IMG/VR virus record: IMGVR_UViG_3300036790_000366
Location: 1-64,000 of that record
Length of the DNA stretch: 64,000 bases
DNA from: a virus
Reading direction: 5' to 3' (one strand)
Both the position numbers and the translations under genes were made by a program. Every line of letters starts with the position of its first letter. Position 1 is the first letter of the stretch. Positions 17,755 through 27,514 of this stretch are shown here, one piece after another. The notes beneath the pieces were generated by a model. The model did not search any database. It was not told the DNA's origin and worked only from the letters and a program-made list of their open reading frames with translations.

Positions 17755-18194
17755 TTCTTATCGCTCCTCGCCATGCGCTCGGCACGGATACCGGCACACC
17801 AGGCACGGTGCTTCTTGTGCAGATCGGAGTCGTGCAGCTCCGGATGCCGTTGGTGGATCTGGTCCAGCAGTCCGTTCGGGTCCTGCCATTGGATGTCTTT
17901 GGCCTTCACGTCCGCGATGTGCCCGAGCATGTTCTCCCGGGCGCTCGCCTCGTCCGTGTTGTAGACGAACCTCGGATGGTCGTGCACGTTGTCGGAGAAA
18001 TCCCGGACGCGTTCGTGCAGAATGATGTCCAGCACGGTGGCACTGTCTTCCGGGTCGATGCCGTATTCCGCAGCCCGGTAGTCCAGTTCGCTCGGCTTGA
18101 TATGGTAGATGTTTTCTAGTCCGCCGTCGGTCCAGTGGATCCACCAACCGTTCTCCGGCTGGTACTCCACCTTCAGTACCTGTCTGGTCTGCAC
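17751..18194 (-). CDS. Tail-region hypothetical protein
   Basis: Between minor tail genes; codon bias. Confidence 0.7.
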   Translation of the reverse strand: MQTRQVLKVEYQPENGWWIHWTDGGLENIYHIKPSELDYRAAEYGIDPEDSATVLDIILHERVRDFSDNVHDHPRFVYNTDEASARENMLGHIADVKAKDIQWQDPNGLLDQIHQRHPELHDSDLHKKHRAWCAGIRAERMARSDKK

Positions 18195-18198
18195 GTCG

Positions 18199-21048
18199 TC
18201 ACCTCACTCGGAAAGTGTGCCAGAGGGCATAAGAAACTGTGGTGCTGTTCCATGCGATGGAGAACCCGGTGATGGAACTGACGCTGATGTAGCAGCCCCG
18301 GGTGGTGGGACTGCTCGTGGTGTCGATGACTCCTGGCAGCGTGACGACCGGCCCCGCCATGGTGGAACCGTACCCGATGCTGATGGCTCCGGCACCTGCC
18401 ACGCCTCCCAGGAACCCGGCGAAGATGCACCAGTTCGGAAAGGCGCCACCGGTCATGTTCCCGTTGTTCACGGTGTACCCGACGGTGCGCCAGGAAGCGT
18501 CGGAGTTGGTGGCGTCCCAGTTCATCTCCAGGCCGCCGTACTCCGTGCCGTGCTTCTGCACGGTCATGTACGACGTGGTGTCGCCGATGACGAACCCGCC
18601 ACCGCTGACGGACTGAGTGCTGTCGATGACTGCCAGATGTGCGAACGACGGACCCTGCAAATAAACGCGCTGCCCCACCGTCGTGCTGTCCAGGCCGGAA
18701 GTATAAGTGGCGGTGTTGATGCCGATGCCAGCGCCCGCCTGAGAACCGAACTCGACTGCGTTGATGAATGCAGGTTTGGTTCCGGTGATGTCGTAGAGGT
18801 AGAGCGTCGGGTAGGAACCGGAGCAGTCCACGGTGAACTCGTTGCCGCCCGCGCCGGAGGCAAGAATGATGGTGGTCGAGCTCGGGCTGACGTCGAAGAC
18901 CTTGAACCCGGCTGCGTTGTACGCGTGGAAGCCAAGGCTGTCCATCACCGCGCGGGCACCGGTGGCTGCCGTCTCGATCGTGCCGCCGAGGATGATGGTG
19001 GCCGTCACAGTGCCCGCGATGAGCTTGCTCACCGACAGGGAGGAGATGTGGGTGTCGTCGATCAGGACCGCGGTCACACCCGAACCCGGGGAGGGCGGGG
19101 AGGAGTTCCCCGAGATGTCCACCGCGATGAGCTTGATGTAGATGCCGGTGGTGGAAGTCACCTGGAAAGTTCCCACCGCCACGATTCCGGCGGCCATCAT
19201 GCCCGCGTTGGCGATGAGCTTTCCGAGATATGTCGGGGAGGTTATTCCGGGGACGGGAACGAACGCCGGGTCGTAGCTGTAGTGGACTTCCAGGTGGTCC
19301 AGGTCGTTGGCCAGGTTGAAGGTGCCGCCTGCCTCCGAGCCCATGTCGCTGAGAACCTGGACCGCGACCATGGAGGCGAACACCGTGGGCGCGTCCGGCT
19401 GGTTCGGTGCCAAGTCGTCCGTGGCCGTGACGAAAGCGCTCGTGGCGGAGAAGGTTCCGGTGTTCCCGGACACGTCCGTGCACGCTATCTGGAAGTCGTA
19501 CGTCTCCCCGCAGATGAGTCCCTGGATGACGAGGTTGTTGCTGTCGATCCCGACGGTCACCGTGGTCCACTGCTGGTTCTGCGGACTGTCCAGCGGGTTG
19601 CTCCACGGGTTCCCCTGGAGCGTGTTCCACGGCTTGCCCTGAAGCTGCGACCACTTGATGGGGTAGAGCGGCGTGCTCGCCAGCTTGTACTGCACCAGGT
19701 ACTGATAGCCGTCGATCATCGTGGTGCCATCGGTGTTCGCAGGCGTCGTCCACTGAAGTTCCATCTGCGCCAGCGTGGTGCCGGTCGCCGGGGAGAAGTA
19801 AGCGGCCGTGTAGATGCTCGTGGGGGTGAAAGCAGGCGTGCCGGGAACCGTCGGGTTCGGACCGGGTGCCGCAGTGACACCGGTTGCCGGACCAGCGATG
19901 ATTCCGCCGCTCAGTTTGTTCAGCGCGTTCGCTACCAGAATCTCGCGGCTGTAGAAAACGTTGTTCAGCGTGGGCTGTATGAAAGTCGGGCCGCCCGGAC
20001 CGCACTGCGCGGCGACCTGTGCCACCTGGTACTTGGTCGTGGTTCCGTTGACGTCCAGCGAAATGTAATTTCCGGAGAAGTAGTCCTTCCAGGGAATCGG
20101 GGTCCCCTTGGACGTGTCGATGACATACGTGGGTGTCAGCGAGATCAGCTGGTCGTCGATGGCTCCGAGCGCCTGCTCCGCCCAGTAGGTGAGCGTGGCG
20201 GCGTCGGTCACGCCGGACTGCGACATGTAAGTCTCTATGCGGCCGATCGTTCCTTCGGTACCGGCGATGGTCTCGATGTTCAGGCCGTTGTCGCCCTGCG
20301 CCAGCATCACGGTGGCGATCTGCGTGCGGTCGCGCCCCTGCGGGGAGGTGACGATCTCCCGCCCCTTGCGAATGAACACCGTGGAACTGTGGTCCACCGC
20401 GAGAGTCGTCTTCGGGTTGTACATGTGCAGAACGGTGCCGGTCATGGAGAAGTCGCACAGGCCTCCCTGCGACAGGGAGATGAGCAGGTCCATCATGAAC
20501 CCGCCCGCGTCGAACGCGTTCGTGTACGACTGCGTCCATGCCGCCCCGGAACTATCCTGTCCGTCGGTGAAGTCCCACGTGAGCAGAGGAAAACAACCGC
20601 GGGCCTGCGCTGCGGTCAGCAGGTCGTTCATCACCTTGCCCGCGGAGGCACCGGCGAAGGACCACGAGGTGGTGAGAGAACCGACACCGGCCTGCGGGTA
20701 GATGATGGCCTCTTGCAGGAGGGCGATGATACTTCTGCCGGATGCCTGCACGATGGACGACTCGTTCATCGACGGGTCGTAGTTGTCCTGCTCGTAGAAC
20801 CCGCGCCAGACTTCCTGGAACCCGTTGCCGTCACGCCGGTCCATCATGACGGCTATTTGCAGGTTCGTGTCCGAGATGAGGTTCGAGGCGCCGGGCGAGT
20901 TCAGGTTCCACTGCCACGTGAAGGACCCGACGTTGTTGTAGACGTCGAGGATGTTCAGGCTGGTGAAGTAGGGGAACTCGCAGAGAAGTGTGGTTCCGTT
21001 CGCTGCGTACACCCTCACCGTCATCGGGGTGTCGGCTGTAGTGGTCAC
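18199..21048 (-). CDS. Minor tail protein (baseplate hub / central fibre, FN3-like domains)
   Basis: Follows Dit; FN3-like W...Y...GL...TY.FQI...D.SGN; ISSLSVSKLIAGT. Confidence 0.8.
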   Translation of the reverse strand: MTTTADTPMTVRVYAANGTTLLCEFPYFTSLNILDVYNNVGSFTWQWNLNSPGASNLISDTNLQIAVMMDRRDGNGFQEVWRGFYEQDNYDPSMNESSIVQASGRSIIALLQEAIIYPQAGVGSLTTSWSFAGASAGKVMNDLLTAAQARGCFPLLTWDFTDGQDSSGAAWTQSYTNAFDAGGFMMDLLISLSQGGLCDFSMTGTVLHMYNPKTTLAVDHSSTVFIRKGREIVTSPQGRDRTQIATVMLAQGDNGLNIETIAGTEGTIGRIETYMSQSGVTDAATLTYWAEQALGAIDDQLISLTPTYVIDTSKGTPIPWKDYFSGNYISLDVNGTTTKYQVAQVAAQCGPGGPTFIQPTLNNVFYSREILVANALNKLSGGIIAGPATGVTAAPGPNPTVPGTPAFTPTSIYTAAYFSPATGTTLAQMELQWTTPANTDGTTMIDGYQYLVQYKLASTPLYPIKWSQLQGKPWNTLQGNPWSNPLDSPQNQQWTTVTVGIDSNNLVIQGLICGETYDFQIACTDVSGNTGTFSATSAFVTATDDLAPNQPDAPTVFASMVAVQVLSDMGSEAGGTFNLANDLDHLEVHYSYDPAFVPVPGITSPTYLGKLIANAGMMAAGIVAVGTFQVTSTTGIYIKLIAVDISGNSSPPSPGSGVTAVLIDDTHISSLSVSKLIAGTVTATIILGGTIETAATGARAVMDSLGFHAYNAAGFKVFDVSPSSTTIILASGAGGNEFTVDCSGSYPTLYLYDITGTKPAFINAVEFGSQAGAGIGINTATYTSGLDSTTVGQRVYLQGPSFAHLAVIDSTQSVSGGGFVIGDTTSYMTVQKHGTEYGGLEMNWDATNSDASWRTVGYTVNNGNMTGGAFPNWCIFAGFLGGVAGAGAISIGYGSTMAGPVVTLPGVIDTTSSPTTRGCYISVSSITGFSIAWNSTTVSYALWHTFRVR

Positions 21049-21053
21049 GGCAC

Positions 21054-21950
21054 TTACCTCATGAACTTCTTATGGCCCACCAGGGCGAGGGCGGTGGCTC
21101 CGGAGGTGGAAGTCCCGCCGAAGGTTATGTTCACCCCGCCGAGTACCTGCGAGGGGTAGAGCACGAGCCATTCACCGTCGCCCGCGTGCTGCATGTTCGC
21201 CAATGCCGGAGACCACCCGGAACCGCCGTCGTCGATGCCCATGTTCGTGTTGTGCACCACGAGGGTTTTTCCCGCGGCCACGGTTCCGTTGTACTGGAAC
21301 CACGAGCCGGACTCGTTGTCGGTGACCCTCGGGTTCGTGACCGGACCGGTGATGTTGAACTGCATGTCGTTCATGGGCGCGGTGGCCGTGGCAAGGGCCG
21401 TCACGACCCCGGAGAAGCCCGCTGCGAGCGTCGCGAGGGTGGTGTCGGCACTGTCCCACCAGAAGGGGTCCGGGAACGTCAGCTCCACCGTTATAGAGGC
21501 GTCCGTGACGGGTATCAGGGTGGGCCGGTTGACCGAGGCCACGGTGACGTACCCCTTGCGGGTGGTTCCGTCGGAACGCAAACGAAGAACGGTCGCCAGG
21601 TTCCTGCGCCGCTGGAAGAGCAGGGACAGGGAGTCCAAGTTCGAGTCGAAGTTCTGCCGTGCCAGGTCGATCGAGGTGGGCGACGCCCCGGTGGACGGGT
21701 TGTTCGTCGTCACGTGCATGGTGAGGAGTCGCGTCATCGCCGTGAAGTACTGCGGGTACCAGTACTCCCCGTGCTTCTGCGCGAGCTGGAACATACCGTT
21801 GGTTCCGGTCGTCGCACCCGAAGCGCTGCCGTTGACGTTGACACCCGCGATGTCGTCCAGCCCGGACCACGTGCGGATGTCCCAGATCTTGTTGCCGCCG
21901 ACGTAGTTCGAGAGAGCGACACCGTCGTAGGTCCATGTCTCGGTAGCCAT
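21054..21950 (-). CDS. Distal tail protein (Dit)
   Basis: Directly after tape measure; PDPFW and GPVTNP motifs. Confidence 0.75.
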   Translation of the reverse strand: MATETWTYDGVALSNYVGGNKIWDIRTWSGLDDIAGVNVNGSASGATTGTNGMFQLAQKHGEYWYPQYFTAMTRLLTMHVTTNNPSTGASPTSIDLARQNFDSNLDSLSLLFQRRRNLATVLRLRSDGTTRKGYVTVASVNRPTLIPVTDASITVELTFPDPFWWDSADTTLATLAAGFSGVVTALATATAPMNDMQFNITGPVTNPRVTDNESGSWFQYNGTVAAGKTLVVHNTNMGIDDGGSGWSPALANMQHAGDGEWLVLYPSQVLGGVNITFGGTSTSGATALALVGHKKFMR

Positions 21951-21951
21951 G

Positions 21952-24543
21952 TCACACCTGCCCCGGGAACTGCGCACCCATCGGTGCCTGGTTTATTCCG
22001 AACACGGCCACGCTTTGCAGGGACTTCGTGAGGGACTGCGAGGCGGGCTCCGGAGTCGGGTTGTTTATCTGGATGGCACCGGCCGCGATGGTGACCGTCG
22101 TCCCACCGCCGGGAAGGTTTCCACCAGTGCCCAGTCCGGCTCCGAGACGGGAGTTCAGGTCCGCGTTCAGCTTGGTGGACAGGTCCGTGGTGAACTGCGA
22201 GCCGAAGGTGTTCCCGATGTTCTTCGTGAACCCGCCGAGGCTGCTCGCGACCGCGGGGTACTTCGACTCCAGCCCGTCCATGAAGCCTTGGATGACCATC
22301 TGCCCGGAACTGTAGAGGATCGTCTTGTCCTTGCTGGGCGGACCCTTCCAGCTGGGCAGCCATCCGGTCAGGGTCTTCAGGAGGGAGCTGAGTCCGGGAA
22401 TCGCGTTCTCGATACCGTTGATGAAGCCCTGTACAAGGTTCCAACCGGCGTTGATAAGAACTTCCGACATGTTGCCCAGCCAGCTGACCACTTCTCCGGG
22501 GAGCTTCGCGAAGAAGGTTCCTACGGTGGCCAGCTTTGAGGCGATCGTGTTGATGAAATTCGTTCCCCATGTTTCCGCACCGCTGACGACCCGGCCGAAG
22601 AAACTTTCCACGTTGGTGACGACACTGCCGAGAGTCTTCAGGAAGAAGTTCTCCACCGCGGTAAGCGGAGCCTCGAAAAGCTTGACCAGGTATGTCCACC
22701 CCATGGAGACCATGTTGCTGACGATGGCCCATGCGCCCTGGAAAATTCCTTCGATGATTTTCCAGAAGCCGGTGAAGACATCTTCGATCCCCTTCCAGAC
22801 CAGCGACCACTTGCCGGTGATCAGTCCGAAGAAGATGTCGAAGAGTCCTTCGATGACCTTCAGGCCGCCGCCGAATATTTTCCCCCATCCGGCGAACATC
22901 CCGGTGATGATCGACTCTATGTTCCCGCCGTAAGTCTTCCACGCACTTTCGATGTCCGGCCAGATCCCGATGAACCACTGCTTCACCTGGGACAGGTCGC
23001 CCTCGATGTCCTTGAACGTGGGGAGCAGGTTCTTGTTGACCCAGTCGCGGAAACTGGCGGACTTCTCGTAGAGGGTTACAAACCCGACGGCCAGCGCCAG
23101 CACGGCAGCGACGGCGGCGCCCATCGGCGTGGCTATGAAGCTCATCAGAGGCCCCAGGGCGGGGCCCAGCTTGCTCGCGGCCAGTGCCATTAGGCTCAGG
23201 TCGGTGGCGACCCCCGTCAGCCCCTCGTGGGTGCTCGTGAAGTTATTCAGGTCCTTCAGCATGTTGTCGAGGAAGGTGAGGAACCCTTTGTTCCCGGACT
23301 GCTCGCCGAGTGCGCCGACAAGATTGGCGACGAACTTGATGATCTGTCCGAGGATGTTCAGCACCAGCGGACCATCGGTCTCCACCGTGGCGATGAACTT
23401 CTTGAACCCCGCGGACTGAGCGAGGTGCTGTGCCCAGGTGTCGAAGCTCTGCGTCATCTTGTCGAAGCCGCCGGACATCGAGACACCGAGCGGCATGAAG
23501 GCGTCGAGGAGGGCGACGATTCCTTCGATGATGTTCAGGACGCCGTTGCCCCAGTCGCTGACGAGAAGCTGGACGTTGTCCGCCATGTCCTTGAAGAACT
23601 TCTGGAACGTGGGGTCGTTCATCCGGCCCGACATGTCCTGAAGTACTTCGTCGATCGCCTCTCCCGCACCGACTGCGGCCGGGGTCAGGTCTCCGATGGC
23701 CTGAGCCAGCAGGCCCATCGCGTCGGTGAGGATCGCCGTGGACTCCGGCTGTATCTCCTTCTGGAAGTCGGCCAGCTGCTGCTTCAGGAAGACGTACTCA
23801 AGAACCACACCCTGCGCGCTCTTGCTCATGGCCTTGAACGCGGCGGAGTTCTTGTCGAGGATTTTTATGCTCTGGTCCATGCTCTGCGAGTTCAGCAGGG
23901 CAGCCTGAGTCGCCGCGTTGAGGCCGGAGTAGAGCGTGCTGACGGACTGGTAGAGCTGGTCCGTGCCGTACGCCACGAGAGCCACCGGAGCCAGCATGGT
24001 GCCGAAGGCTGACGCCAGCCCCATGGCGCCGCCCACGGTGCTCAGGAGGGCGGCGCTGAGCGGTATGAGCAGGGGCGCCAGCATCTTGATGGAGAACTCG
24101 AACTTGCTGCTGGACTCCCCTGCGCTGTCCAGCTTCTTCGAGGTGTCGTCCACCTGCTTGCCGAACGTTTTCAGTTCTGTCTCGGACTCCGCCAGTCCAT
24201 CGATTTTTATCTTGTAGTCGATGTCGTGCGGGGCGTCTTCGAGTTCCCGGGTCACCATCACGAGGGAGACGATGTCCTCTTCGCCCTCGATGTTTATCTT
24301 GATGTCTACCGTGTAGTCTTTCGCGTCCAGCTCATCCAGGAACGCCTTCAGCTCGTCAAGCTTGTCCTGTCCGTCGATGACGACTTCGATGTTGACGCCC
24401 TTGTCGCCGATCTCGTCCAGCTTGGCGCCGACTTCGTCCAGCTTCGTTTCCAGCTCGTCCAACTTGTCGATGATGGCACTGACGTCTTCGACTATTCCGT
24501 CCGGGTCGATCGAAGCTTCGCCGGATACTTCGAAATCCGCCAC
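21952..24543 (-). CDS. Tape measure protein
   Basis: Long helical Ala/Gly-rich protein with W/F-periodic repeats after chaperones. Confidence 0.9.
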   Translation of the reverse strand: MADFEVSGEASIDPDGIVEDVSAIIDKLDELETKLDEVGAKLDEIGDKGVNIEVVIDGQDKLDELKAFLDELDAKDYTVDIKINIEGEEDIVSLVMVTRELEDAPHDIDYKIKIDGLAESETELKTFGKQVDDTSKKLDSAGESSSKFEFSIKMLAPLLIPLSAALLSTVGGAMGLASAFGTMLAPVALVAYGTDQLYQSVSTLYSGLNAATQAALLNSQSMDQSIKILDKNSAAFKAMSKSAQGVVLEYVFLKQQLADFQKEIQPESTAILTDAMGLLAQAIGDLTPAAVGAGEAIDEVLQDMSGRMNDPTFQKFFKDMADNVQLLVSDWGNGVLNIIEGIVALLDAFMPLGVSMSGGFDKMTQSFDTWAQHLAQSAGFKKFIATVETDGPLVLNILGQIIKFVANLVGALGEQSGNKGFLTFLDNMLKDLNNFTSTHEGLTGVATDLSLMALAASKLGPALGPLMSFIATPMGAAVAAVLALAVGFVTLYEKSASFRDWVNKNLLPTFKDIEGDLSQVKQWFIGIWPDIESAWKTYGGNIESIITGMFAGWGKIFGGGLKVIEGLFDIFFGLITGKWSLVWKGIEDVFTGFWKIIEGIFQGAWAIVSNMVSMGWTYLVKLFEAPLTAVENFFLKTLGSVVTNVESFFGRVVSGAETWGTNFINTIASKLATVGTFFAKLPGEVVSWLGNMSEVLINAGWNLVQGFINGIENAIPGLSSLLKTLTGWLPSWKGPPSKDKTILYSSGQMVIQGFMDGLESKYPAVASSLGGFTKNIGNTFGSQFTTDLSTKLNADLNSRLGAGLGTGGNLPGGGTTVTIAAGAIQINNPTPEPASQSLTKSLQSVAVFGINQAPMGAQFPGQV

Positions 24544-24580
24544 GCTGCCACCTCCTCTAGCTGTTGCCCTAGCTGCTGCC

Positions 24581-24760
24581 CTAGCTGTTGGACTTCTGCG
24601 TCTCGGCGTAGTGCCGCTTCACCTTGAAGTAGGTGCTCCACATGCGCAGTTCGCTGGACGACAACGGTGCACGTTTTCCGGTGAGGAGTTCGTGCACCGT
24701 CCTGTGAGTCAGCTCCGCGAGCTGGTAGGTGAAGAAGAGCTCATCGCTTTCGAGGAAATC
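24581..24760 (-). CDS. Frameshifted C-terminal extension of tail assembly chaperone (gpT-like)
   Basis: LAELTHRTVHELL...SSSELRMW..YF; no own RBS; +1 frame relative to upstream gene. Confidence 0.65.
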   Translation of the reverse strand, partial: DFLESDELFFTYQLAELTHRTVHELLTGKRAPLSSSELRMWSTYFKVKRHYAETQKSNS

Positions 24761-25247
24761 GACGCTCCCTGGCCTTCTCCGCCTCTTCCCCCATCCCGGA
24801 CTTCTCCACGATGCGGTTCGTGATTCGGACGATCGCCCCGGCCGCACGCTGCTGGAGGACGTGGTAGTTCTGCACGTTGACCACCGGCTGGACCATACCG
24901 GCAATCAGCAGTTCCCGGTTGATGACGTCCGAACGGGTGCCGGACATCTTCACCTGCTTGGTACCCGCCCTCCGGCGGACGTGGGTCAGCTCCTCCATCG
25001 ACAGGCCCTTGAGCAGAACGTTGGCCTTCCACTCCTCCACGTAGAACTTCTCCTCCTCCGTGTCGTCCACGGCGGCGAGCTGGTCCATCGTGATGATGGG
25101 CGCGTCCTCGTGCGCGTGCGGGTCCTCCGGAGGAACTCCCGGGATCTCGTCTTCCGGCTCGTCATCTTCGTCGAAGTCGTACTCGTCGTCGATGTCGTCT
25201 TCCGGGAAGTCGATGTCCATCTCTTCTGGAGTGGCAAGCCTGTTCAT
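24741..25247 (-). CDS. Tail assembly chaperone (gpG-like), acidic N-terminus
   Basis: Position between tail tube and TMP. Confidence 0.75.
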   Translation of the reverse strand: MNRLATPEEMDIDFPEDDIDDEYDFDEDDEPEDEIPGVPPEDPHAHEDAPIITMDQLAAVDDTEEEKFYVEEWKANVLLKGLSMEELTHVRRRAGTKQVKMSGTRSDVINRELLIAGMVQPVVNVQNYHVLQQRAAGAIVRITNRIVEKSGMGEEAEKARERRFPRKR

Positions 25248-25276
25248 GTCTTCGCCCTTGGTGTCGGTGGATTTTC

Positions 25277-25714
25277 TTACTGAGTCGTGCGCACCGGGGT
25301 GCCGGAGTTCTGGAAGTTCGCGGTCCAGACGTAGGCACCGGCGGTGGAGACCTTCTCCTCGAACTTGTCGAAGAAGCCCACGCCAGTGTAGAGCCCGGTT
25401 CCGGTGGTGCCTATTCCGACCGGCGCGTACTCCCACGCGATGGCGTTTCCAGCACCCGTCATGATGAACAGGTTGTAGATCTGACTGGAGATGTTCGAGT
25501 CGGACGGTCCGGTCAGCGGAATCGACAGGTCGCACAGACCGGCGACGTACGCCTTGAACAGGTTCTTGAACGCGGACACGTCCGCCTTGTCCCGGGAGAA
25601 GCTGAGAGACGTGTCGTTGAGGTACTGCGTGATGGCGATGGCAGTGCCGGGGGTACCGGAAGTACCCACGTAAAAGTCTGCCCGTGAGCCGTGGGTCGGT
25701 GCCAGTGCGGTCAT
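25277..25714 (-). CDS. Major tail (tube) protein
   Basis: Position; HG.......SRDKADVSAFK..YVAGL motif. Confidence 0.75.
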   Translation of the reverse strand: MTALAPTHGSRADFYVGTSGTPGTAIAITQYLNDTSLSFSRDKADVSAFKNLFKAYVAGLCDLSIPLTGPSDSNISSQIYNLFIMTGAGNAIAWEYAPVGIGTTGTGLYTGVGFFDKFEEKVSTAGAYVWTANFQNSGTPVRTTQ

Positions 25715-25726
25715 TTCAGCTCCTTC

Positions 25727-26485
25727 TTACTTCCTGGAGAACAGGGCGAGGAAGGTCCCCGTGCCCGTCCACGTGACCCGGGTGTACTGACGGACGGTCC
25801 CGGACGGCGCAGTTCCGGCTGCCGGGTACCTGTACGCCCCTGCAACGCTGTTCGTGGGGCTCACCGTGACTCCGGTGACGTTCGCCCACGTGGCGTTGTC
25901 CGCGGAGTCCTGAAGGTTCACCACAAGGCTCGCGACGTCCGAGAAGGCGTGCACCACCAGGACGCAGCCGTTCGTGGAGCTGGTCGCGCCGTAGTTCGTG
26001 GAGCTTCCGTTGCCGCTGCCCACCTGTGTCACCCACGGGGACAGGATCAGGCCGGAGTCGAGGCCGCCGCCGGTCGCGTCCATCTGCACTTCCGCGGAGA
26101 CGACGTTGGCCGAACTGGTCGCCGACTTTATCTCGTACTTCGTGGTCAGTCCGGTGATGGACTTCCCCGTGTTCCCGAACGCTCCGGCCCCCTGTGCCCC
26201 GAGCGGTGCGTAGAACCAGTTGCTGTCCACCGCGGTCGCCGCGGAGAGGTACGAGTACAGCAACGGGTCCTCAGCCGTGGTGTTGGACGAGTCGTACATC
26301 CCCGCAATGGCGACCGTTCCGTCGGCCTCGCCTGCGACGTAGGACTTGAACAACTGCTTGAAGGCGGAGACGTCGGCCTTGTCGCGGGAGAGCGAGGGGG
26401 AGAAGTCGTTGAAGTACTGGCTCACCACCAGACCGTTGACGAGCACGTCGGTGTTTACACCGTGGCTCGGAAGAAGAGCTGTCAC
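25727..26485 (-). CDS. Second tail-tube paralogue with C-terminal extra domain
   Basis: Shares QY.ND.S.S.SRDKADVSAFK.LFK.YVAG with neighbour. Confidence 0.7.
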   Translation of the reverse strand: MTALLPSHGVNTDVLVNGLVVSQYFNDFSPSLSRDKADVSAFKQLFKSYVAGEADGTVAIAGMYDSSNTTAEDPLLYSYLSAATAVDSNWFYAPLGAQGAGAFGNTGKSITGLTTKYEIKSATSSANVVSAEVQMDATGGGLDSGLILSPWVTQVGSGNGSSTNYGATSSTNGCVLVVHAFSDVASLVVNLQDSADNATWANVTGVTVSPTNSVAGAYRYPAAGTAPSGTVRQYTRVTWTGTGTFLALFSRK

Positions 26486-26655
26486 TGCGGTTCACCTTCT
26501 TCCACGCGTTCGATGTTCCCGTGCTCCTGTTCCAGCCGGGTGGCGAGCCTCGGCATGTCGTCGAAGACGTCGCCGGGTTCCACATGGGCGTACAGCCCCG
26601 TGCGAGTGCTCGGGTAGTCGATGACGTTCAGTGCCCGGAACTTAGGCTTGGGCAT
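26482..26655 (-). CDS. Small hypothetical virion-region protein (57 aa)
   Basis: GGAGGAGG RBS; GTGA overlap. Confidence 0.65.
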   Translation of the reverse strand: MPKPKFRALNVIDYPSTRTGLYAHVEPGDVFDDMPRLATRLEQEHGNIERVEEGEPQ

Positions 26656-26675
26656 TTCCTCCTCCTTCGCACCCG

Positions 26676-27101
26676 CTACGCATCGAAGTACTTCATGACC
26701 GTGAACTCCTGCACGTACACCGGCCGGTTGTTCGGGTCCAGCTCCTGCGGCGCGGGGTTCCCCACCGGATCGATGATCATGTAGAAGACCCCGTTCACGC
26801 TCTGGTTCACCACCGTCTTGAGCAGGTTCCAGATGGCCAGGGCATCGGTCTGCGCCTGCCCGTAGCCCTGCTCCTCGGAGACCCGGTTGGTTATCTTCAG
26901 CCGCGGGTTCTCCCAAGCGAAGTGGTTCCCGAAAGTCCTGAACGGCTTGACCCCGGGAAGCTCGTACACGCATACGCACTGGTCCGGCTCGGTCGGCTGC
27001 TGCTCCATGAAGATGTTCCCGGTGGCCGCGGTGACCGACGGGTCGATCCAGGTGCCGATATTCGCCACGACGTACTTCACGATATCCAGGTTCATGGGCA
27101 C
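26676..27101 (-). CDS. Tail terminator / tail completion protein
   Basis: Position and size. Confidence 0.65.
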   Translation of the reverse strand: MPMNLDIVKYVVANIGTWIDPSVTAATGNIFMEQQPTEPDQCVCVYELPGVKPFRTFGNHFAWENPRLKITNRVSEEQGYGQAQTDALAIWNLLKTVVNQSVNGVFYMIIDPVGNPAPQELDPNNRPVYVQEFTVMKYFDA

Positions 27102-27107
27102 GTCCGG

Positions 27108-27503
27108 TCACCCCCGGGCCAGTTCGTCCAGCTTTTCCGCGGCCCGTTCCTTCAACTTCGGAACAGAGTTCTTCAGCGGCTGCTCCACGAAGTGCGCCTG
27201 CGTCGGCGGATCGTGGTGGTGCTCGTCGATGACTTCCACCGCAGCCGCGTAGTCCACCATCTCCCGGTTGTTCACCGGGGAGTCGCCGAAGTGGACGGCC
27301 CACCCGCCTGCCCTCGACCCTGCACGCAGTTCTCCCGTCCCTGCAAGGGCCCCTGTGGCCTTCGGGACCTTCTCCATGGACTCCGGGAGCACGACCTGCT
27401 CCATGTGGTCCCTGGTGGCCTGTGAGAGGGTGTCGCCGCCCTTGTCCCGCAGACGCTGGAACGCGGCACGGAACTCGCTGAGCCCGTCCACCTTCAGTCC
27501 CAT
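27108..27503 (-). CDS. HK97 gp10-like neck protein
   Basis: VP..TGAL, DYA..VE, AHFVEQP motifs. Confidence 0.7.
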   Translation of the reverse strand: MGLKVDGLSEFRAAFQRLRDKGGDTLSQATRDHMEQVVLPESMEKVPKATGALAGTGELRAGSRAGGWAVHFGDSPVNNREMVDYAAAVEVIDEHHHDPPTQAHFVEQPLKNSVPKLKERAAEKLDELARG

Positions 27504-27514
27504 GTCGCCCTCCC

